A DNA stretch of 64,000 bases from Lentimicrobiaceae bacterium (GTDB lineage Bacteria; Bacteroidota; Bacteroidia; Bacteroidales; UBA4417): positions 12,450-76,449 of the forward strand of contig JAQVEX010000003.1 of NCBI GenBank assembly GCA_028697555.1, read 5' to 3'. The notes beneath the pieces were generated by a model. The model saw nothing but the letters and a program-made list of their open reading frames with translations, did not search any database and was not told the origin of the DNA. Each line of letters begins with the position of its first letter. Within the stretch, counting starts at the first letter, position 1. This document shows positions 59,375 through 64,000 of this stretch, piece by piece. A program made the translations under genes and the position numbers.

Positions 59375-60754
59375 CTACGCTACAATATCGTGAGCATCAG
59401 CATAATACTTGTAGAACCAAGCAATTGTTTCAATACCTTTATCGAAGCATGCAAGCTGGAAGTTTTCGTTAGGCGAGTGTAATGCATCGGTATCTAAGCC
59501 AAAGCCCATCAAAAGTGATTTAACTCCCAATACTTGTTCAAAAGTAGAAATAATTGGAATACTGCCACCGCTACGTGTTGGGTTTGGCGTTTTACCGAAT
59601 GTTGTTTCATATGCTTTTGCTGCAGCTTGGTATCCAACAGAATCGATTGGCGAAACGTATGGGAATCCTCCGTGATGCTCCGACACCTTAACCGTAACGT
59701 AATTAGGTGCAATCTTTTCTATATGGTCGATAAATAGTTTCGCTATTTTCTTAGGGTCTTGATTAGGAACTAATCGCATACTAACCTTAGCAAATGCTTT
59801 TGAAGGCAGAACCGTTTTAGAACCTTCGCCTATATACCCGCTCCAAATACCATTAACATCAAGTGCAGGACGTATTCCTGTGCATTCGTTTACCGAATAG
59901 CCTTTTTCGCACAATGTTTCTTTTATTTTGATGTTTTCTTTGTATTGGTTGATATCAAAAGGAGCACGAGCCATTAGTTCACGCTCTTCTTCAGAAACTA
60001 TAAGAACATCGTCGTAGAAACCCGGAATGTTAATTTTATGGTTTTCATCGTGCAAAGAAGCAATAATATCGGCAAGCACATTAGCCGGATTTGCAACAGC
60101 ACCGCCGTATAATCCTGAGTGTAAGTCGTGGCTTGGACCTGTAACTTCAATTTCCATATAAGCTAAACCTCTAAGTCCGGTTGTAATGCTTGGTTTGTCC
60201 AATCCTAACATCGACGTATCCGAAACAAGCATAATATCGGCTTTTAGTAGGTCTTTATTTTCGGGCAACCACTTTGCAAGAGACGGCGAGCCCATTTCTT
60301 CTTCACCTTCAAGCAAAAACTTGACGTTAACCCTCATTTGTCCGCTGCTAACCATATATTCAAATGCCTTGAGTTGCATAAACGACTGTCCTTTATCGTC
60401 GTTGGCTCCCCTAGCCCATATTCTTCCATCTCTGATTTCGGGTTCAAAAGGTGGCGAATCCCAAAGTTCAATCGGGTCGACAGGCATAACATCATAGTGT
60501 CCGTACACAAGGACTGTCGGCACATTGTCGGAAATTATACGTTCGGCATAAACAACAGGATGTCCTTCTGTTGGCATAACTTCGGCTTTGGTAGCTCCAA
60601 TTTTTAGCAAATGTTCTTTCAAATATTCGGCGGCTTTGTGCATATCCTCTTTATGAGCCGGAACAGAGCTTATCGAAGGTATTCTGATTAAACCGAATAA
60701 TTCTTCCAAAAATCGTGGTTGGTTTTCCTTAATAAATGATTTTAAATTTTCCAT
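59375..60754 (-). CDS. M20 family dipeptidase/metallopeptidase
   Basis: 459 aa. M20 metal-ligand context (YGHYDVMP, RGANDDKGQ, EGEEEMGS) and a dimerisation-domain insert. Confidence 0.85.
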   Translation of the reverse strand: MENLKSFIKENQPRFLEELFGLIRIPSISSVPAHKEDMHKAAEYLKEHLLKIGATKAEVMPTEGHPVVYAERIISDNVPTVLVYGHYDVMPVDPIELWDSPPFEPEIRDGRIWARGANDDKGQSFMQLKAFEYMVSSGQMRVNVKFLLEGEEEMGSPSLAKWLPENKDLLKADIMLVSDTSMLGLDKPSITTGLRGLAYMEIEVTGPSHDLHSGLYGGAVANPANVLADIIASLHDENHKINIPGFYDDVLIVSEEERELMARAPFDINQYKENIKIKETLCEKGYSVNECTGIRPALDVNGIWSGYIGEGSKTVLPSKAFAKVSMRLVPNQDPKKIAKLFIDHIEKIAPNYVTVKVSEHHGGFPYVSPIDSVGYQAAAKAYETTFGKTPNPTRSGGSIPIISTFEQVLGVKSLLMGFGLDTDALHSPNENFQLACFDKGIETIAWFYKYYADAHDIVA

Positions 60755-60771
60755 ATTGTTGTTTTTATTTG

Positions 60772-61542
60772 TTATAAATTATTTTTATTAAATGCTTTAA
60801 GTTCAAGATTTTCGCCGTCGAAAACCGCATAAGAATAATGTTCAAGCCAATCGCCGACAAAGGTTAATGTGGTTTTATCGTTAAGATTTATTTGACGTGG
60901 CTTATGCAGATGCCCGAACACAAAATAATCAATTTCGGGATTTTGCTCCAAAACTTTCTTTGCATACTTAAACTGTTGCAAATCCTCTGGTTTAAGATTA
61001 TGTGTTTTCAGATATTCGGGTTTATCCTGCTTTGAGATACGACTTTTTCTCGAAAAATAATTGGCAATGCCGAAAGCAAGGTCAGCGGGAAGAAGACTGT
61101 AAGCTTTTTGATTAAACTTCGACTCGAATATTCTTCTCAAAAGTTTGTAGCCATTGTCGCCGGGACCTAATCCATCGCCATGAGCCAAAAAGAACACCTT
61201 ATCGTATATAGTAACTATTTCTGGCTTTCTGTACAAAGCGATGTTAAATTCTTCTTTCAAGTAGCGAAACAGCCACAAATCGTGATTACCTTTGAATAGA
61301 TGCAACTTGATTCCAAGTTTGTCAAGCTCAATAAATTTATTGAAAATAGAGATATATCCCTTAGGTACAACATGTTTATACTCGAACCAAAAATCGAAAA
61401 GGTCGCCCATGATGTAAATTGCATCGGCATCATTTTTAACATACTCAAGCCAATCTACAAAAAGCTGCTCACGGACAAGACTTTCTTCCCTAGATGGAAT
61501 ACCAAAATGTAAATCGCTTATAAAGTACGTTTTTCTAGTCAT
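60772..61542 (-). CDS. lpxH: UDP-2,3-diacylglucosamine diphosphatase
   Basis: 256 aa calcineurin-like metallophosphoesterase with the LpxH-type motifs ISDLHFG, MGDLFDFWFEY, GNHD and GHLH. Confidence 0.85.
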   Translation of the reverse strand: MTRKTYFISDLHFGIPSREESLVREQLFVDWLEYVKNDADAIYIMGDLFDFWFEYKHVVPKGYISIFNKFIELDKLGIKLHLFKGNHDLWLFRYLKEEFNIALYRKPEIVTIYDKVFFLAHGDGLGPGDNGYKLLRRIFESKFNQKAYSLLPADLAFGIANYFSRKSRISKQDKPEYLKTHNLKPEDLQQFKYAKKVLEQNPEIDYFVFGHLHKPRQINLNDKTTLTFVGDWLEHYSYAVFDGENLELKAFNKNNL

Positions 61543-61547
61543 TACGG

Positions 61548-62768
61548 CTACTTTTGAATATATCTGTTTTCAATTTCAACTTTCATTCCTTTAGACCCTA
61601 TGGCAGTGCCAATGCGCTCTTTGAGTAATGCAGGAGATGGATTTATAGCCAATACCTTTTTCTCATAGTCAAGCAAAAACATTGTCGGTACAATACTTAC
61701 ACCATATTTTTGCAAATATTCCGACTGTACTCCTCTGCTGTCGATTGTCTGTATCCAATAAGCTTTATCTTGCTGTATTGCTTCTTTCCATTTTTGAATA
61801 TCATTATCTAAAGATACTGAAAATATTTGAACTTCTTTGTTTAGTTCGGCGTGCAAGGTTGTAAGTTGCTTATTTATCATCCGGCTGTTGTTATCGTATA
61901 TGCTCCAAAAATAAACTATTACCAACTTATCTTCAATGCTGTACAAACTCATTGTTTGGTCTGACATATCCGGCAGTTCTATGTTAGGAACCTTGTCGCC
62001 TAATTTCAAAACATTTTCAGCTCTAACATTTCTCGATTTTTCAAAATCTATAAGACGTTGAGAATAACCTTTTACCAACTCATTTTCAGGATAGCACAAC
62101 ATTAAACTGTCGGAAAGAGCTTTCAACAGTTCAAAATCGTTTGCTACGTTGAGCATAGGACGATTCGCAAAACGATTGTTGACAACCAATAAGGAAGACA
62201 ATGACTTGATATTGTTTTTAACATAATCTCTCGCTTCTTGATTTTGGCTTAAAATCACCTCGTTGAAAGATTTATCGATTAAAGGTTTTAGAGTTTCAAA
62301 ATCGTCAGTGCCCTTTATTTCGCGGTACGCGTGTGTAAGCGAATCTAAAGCGGCATAATTATTATAAGCAGTTTGGTTAAACAATAAATAATTCTCAGAA
62401 TCAGGCGAACCGCTTATTTTACAAGTATTGACTACATCCTCAGCATTAGCAGAAAAATCAACCTTTTGATTAGGTTTTAAAACCAACATCACAAACTGAT
62501 TGTTACCAAAGTTTAGCCTATAAATATTGTCGGCATCGTGCAAAATGTTGAAATAAAAGTTTCCCTCCGAATCAGTTTTTGTAGAATCGATTTTTACTAT
62601 ATTGTCCTCTATAATTTGCATAAGCACAACCATAGAGTTTGAAGCATTGGACAAATTGCCCCGAATTTCGGTAATATTGTCTTTTTTGTTGCAGCCTGAA
62701 ATTATTGTTACAAAGCATAACAACATGGAAATAAGTAGTAAGAAAAATTTATTGTATAGTCGATTCAT
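61548..62768 (-). CDS. TlpA/AhpC-like thioredoxin-fold lipoprotein with DUF4369-like N-domain; lacks the CXXC active site
   Basis: 406 aa. Lipobox (IISGC). The C-terminal thioredoxin-like domain aligns to the TlpA pattern, but FWSIYDNNS replaces FWASWCxPC. Confidence 0.7.
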   Translation of the reverse strand: MNRLYNKFFLLLISMLLCFVTIISGCNKKDNITEIRGNLSNASNSMVVLMQIIEDNIVKIDSTKTDSEGNFYFNILHDADNIYRLNFGNNQFVMLVLKPNQKVDFSANAEDVVNTCKISGSPDSENYLLFNQTAYNNYAALDSLTHAYREIKGTDDFETLKPLIDKSFNEVILSQNQEARDYVKNNIKSLSSLLVVNNRFANRPMLNVANDFELLKALSDSLMLCYPENELVKGYSQRLIDFEKSRNVRAENVLKLGDKVPNIELPDMSDQTMSLYSIEDKLVIVYFWSIYDNNSRMINKQLTTLHAELNKEVQIFSVSLDNDIQKWKEAIQQDKAYWIQTIDSRGVQSEYLQKYGVSIVPTMFLLDYEKKVLAINPSPALLKERIGTAIGSKGMKVEIENRYIQK

Positions 62769-63017
62769 ATTCTTAAAAATTGTGGGTACAAATATAATTA
62801 ATCTATTTAAATATAACTTTATTTAGCAACTGTAAAATAGTTTAATTATTCTTAAACGAAACAGAAAGAAGCTTATTGTTAAATAATTGTATTAACTGGA
62901 AAATTTGCTATTAGCCGATTGTTTATAAAATTTCGTTGTTCGGTAAATATTAATTACAAAAACATATATCTCTACAGCTTCCTATTATTAGTCTTTTGTA
63001 TTTTTATTTTCCAAGAT

Positions 63018-63204
63018 GGTTCGGTGCTACGCACCTTTAATATAACATGTACAATTTATGCTATAAATTGTTCGGTGCTAACGCACCTTTGTTACAAAAG
63101 CAACATCTCTGTTTTCAAAAGTATTTAACTAAAGCCGTGGAACGGCGACCCATTTGTAACTACGTAATAATAAATATAAACAAGGTGCGTAGCGCCGAAC
63201 AATT
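63018..63204. repeat. three copies (two direct, one inverted) of a ~21-24 nt hairpin-containing repeat, GTTCGGTGCTACGCACCTT
   Basis: 63018-63038 GGTTCGGTGCTACGCACCTTT. 63067-63090 ATTGTTCGGTGCTAACGCACCTTT. 63181-63204 CAAGGTGCGTAGCGCCGAACAATT, the reverse complement of copy 2 with 2 mismatches and 1 indel. Each unit contains GGTGC-N3/4-GCACC. Confidence 0.85.
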
Positions 63205-63341
63205 AAAGATTTTTGCGAAAATTTATCTGTCAAAAAAAATCAAAAAATGTATTTATATATAACCGACGGTTTCCTTATTTTAAGATTTTATCAGACTTTA
63301 ATGGTAAAATTTATAAATTTGCACTCAAAGATTGATTTTTA

Positions 63342-64000
63342 TGGATGATATTAAAATTGTTTCCGTTTCATATACAAATACGCTTCCCTTTATATACGGT
63401 ATAGAAAATTCAGGTTTCATAAAAAATTATGCCTTGCAGTTGTTGCCTCCTTCGGGATGTGCCAAAGCTCTTAAAAACAACGAAGCCGATATAGGTTTAG
63501 TTCCGGTGGGTGCATTAAGCGATTTTGAAAAATATTTTATTCACACCGACTACTGCATAGGAGCTGTAAACTACGTCAAAACAGTTCTGTTAGTCAGCAA
63601 TACTCCGATTGATAAAATCGAAACCATTTATTTGGATAGTCATAGCCGAACATCGGTTAAGCTGTGTCGGGTGCTAGCAAAAAATCACTGGAAAATAAAT
63701 CCCAAGTGGAAAGATTTTGTTTACGATAAAGATAATTTCGCTTTGCAACCCAACGAAGCCGCCGTCTTGATTGGCGACAAAACTTTTGAAGTTTTTGATA
63801 AATACAAGTACGTTTTAGATTTGGCAAATCAGTGGTACAATTTTACTTCACTTCCATTTGTTTTTGCTTTGTGGATTTCTGCCAAAGAAATAAAAAAAGA
63901 AATTATCGACAAATTAAACTCAGCTCTGTGTTACGGTATTAACAGCATTGACGATTGTATCGATAATGCCAAAAATTTAATTATTACCAGGGAAAGGGCT
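63342..64000 (+). CDS. mqnA: chorismate dehydratase MqnA (futalosine pathway), 5' part; gene runs off the right window edge
   Basis: Not in the ORF track because it is open at the edge. Translation from the ATG at 63342 gives MDDIKIVSVSYTNTLPFIYGIENSGFIKNYALQLLPPSGCAKALKNNEADIGLVPVGAL..., the typical MqnA/DUF178 N-terminus. Confidence 0.8.

Noticed and set aside
62919-63262. Two overlapping small ORFs (69 and 71 aa) in the tlpA-like/mqnA spacer
   Set aside because: The region is AT-rich and the peptides are junk-like. They run straight through the inverted-repeat motifs, which explain the sequence better as non-coding structure.

Overview
AT-rich chromosomal segment of a Bacteroidota bacterium. 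It is densely packed with about 60 mostly housekeeping genes. I saw no tRNA or rRNA genes, CRISPR arrays, transposases, integrases or recognisable defence genes. Landmarks: yceD-rpmF-plsX; hpt-adk-obg; the type IX secretion/gliding core operon porP-gldK-gldL-gldM-gldN followed by recG and ade; an outer-membrane trio of a TonB-dependent receptor-like protein, a 1426-aa secreted protein and a PorV/PorQ-like barrel; groES-groEL; a sigma-54 activator-lptE-TPR-secG operon; pheT; pyrE; dxr-rseP; a Na+-translocating methylmalonyl-CoA decarboxylase cluster with its epimerase; a GH109/NahK-like pair; lpxH; and the start of mqnA (futalosine pathway). The most unusual signal is non-coding. Seven intergenic spacers are filled by members of a mosaic repeat family built almost entirely from phased 7-bp (or 14-bp) tandem units. 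These are arranged as a G/T-rich left arm and an A/C-rich right arm, often around a CCCGAARYTTCGGG hairpin. Other items worth a second look: a tandem-fused double adenylate kinase, a truncated lipoprotein paralog of GldN divergent from the T9SS operon, a GldL with a long internally repetitive tail, a lamin-tail/OadG fusion, a CXXC-less TlpA-like protein, and nested inverted repeats upstream of mqnA.
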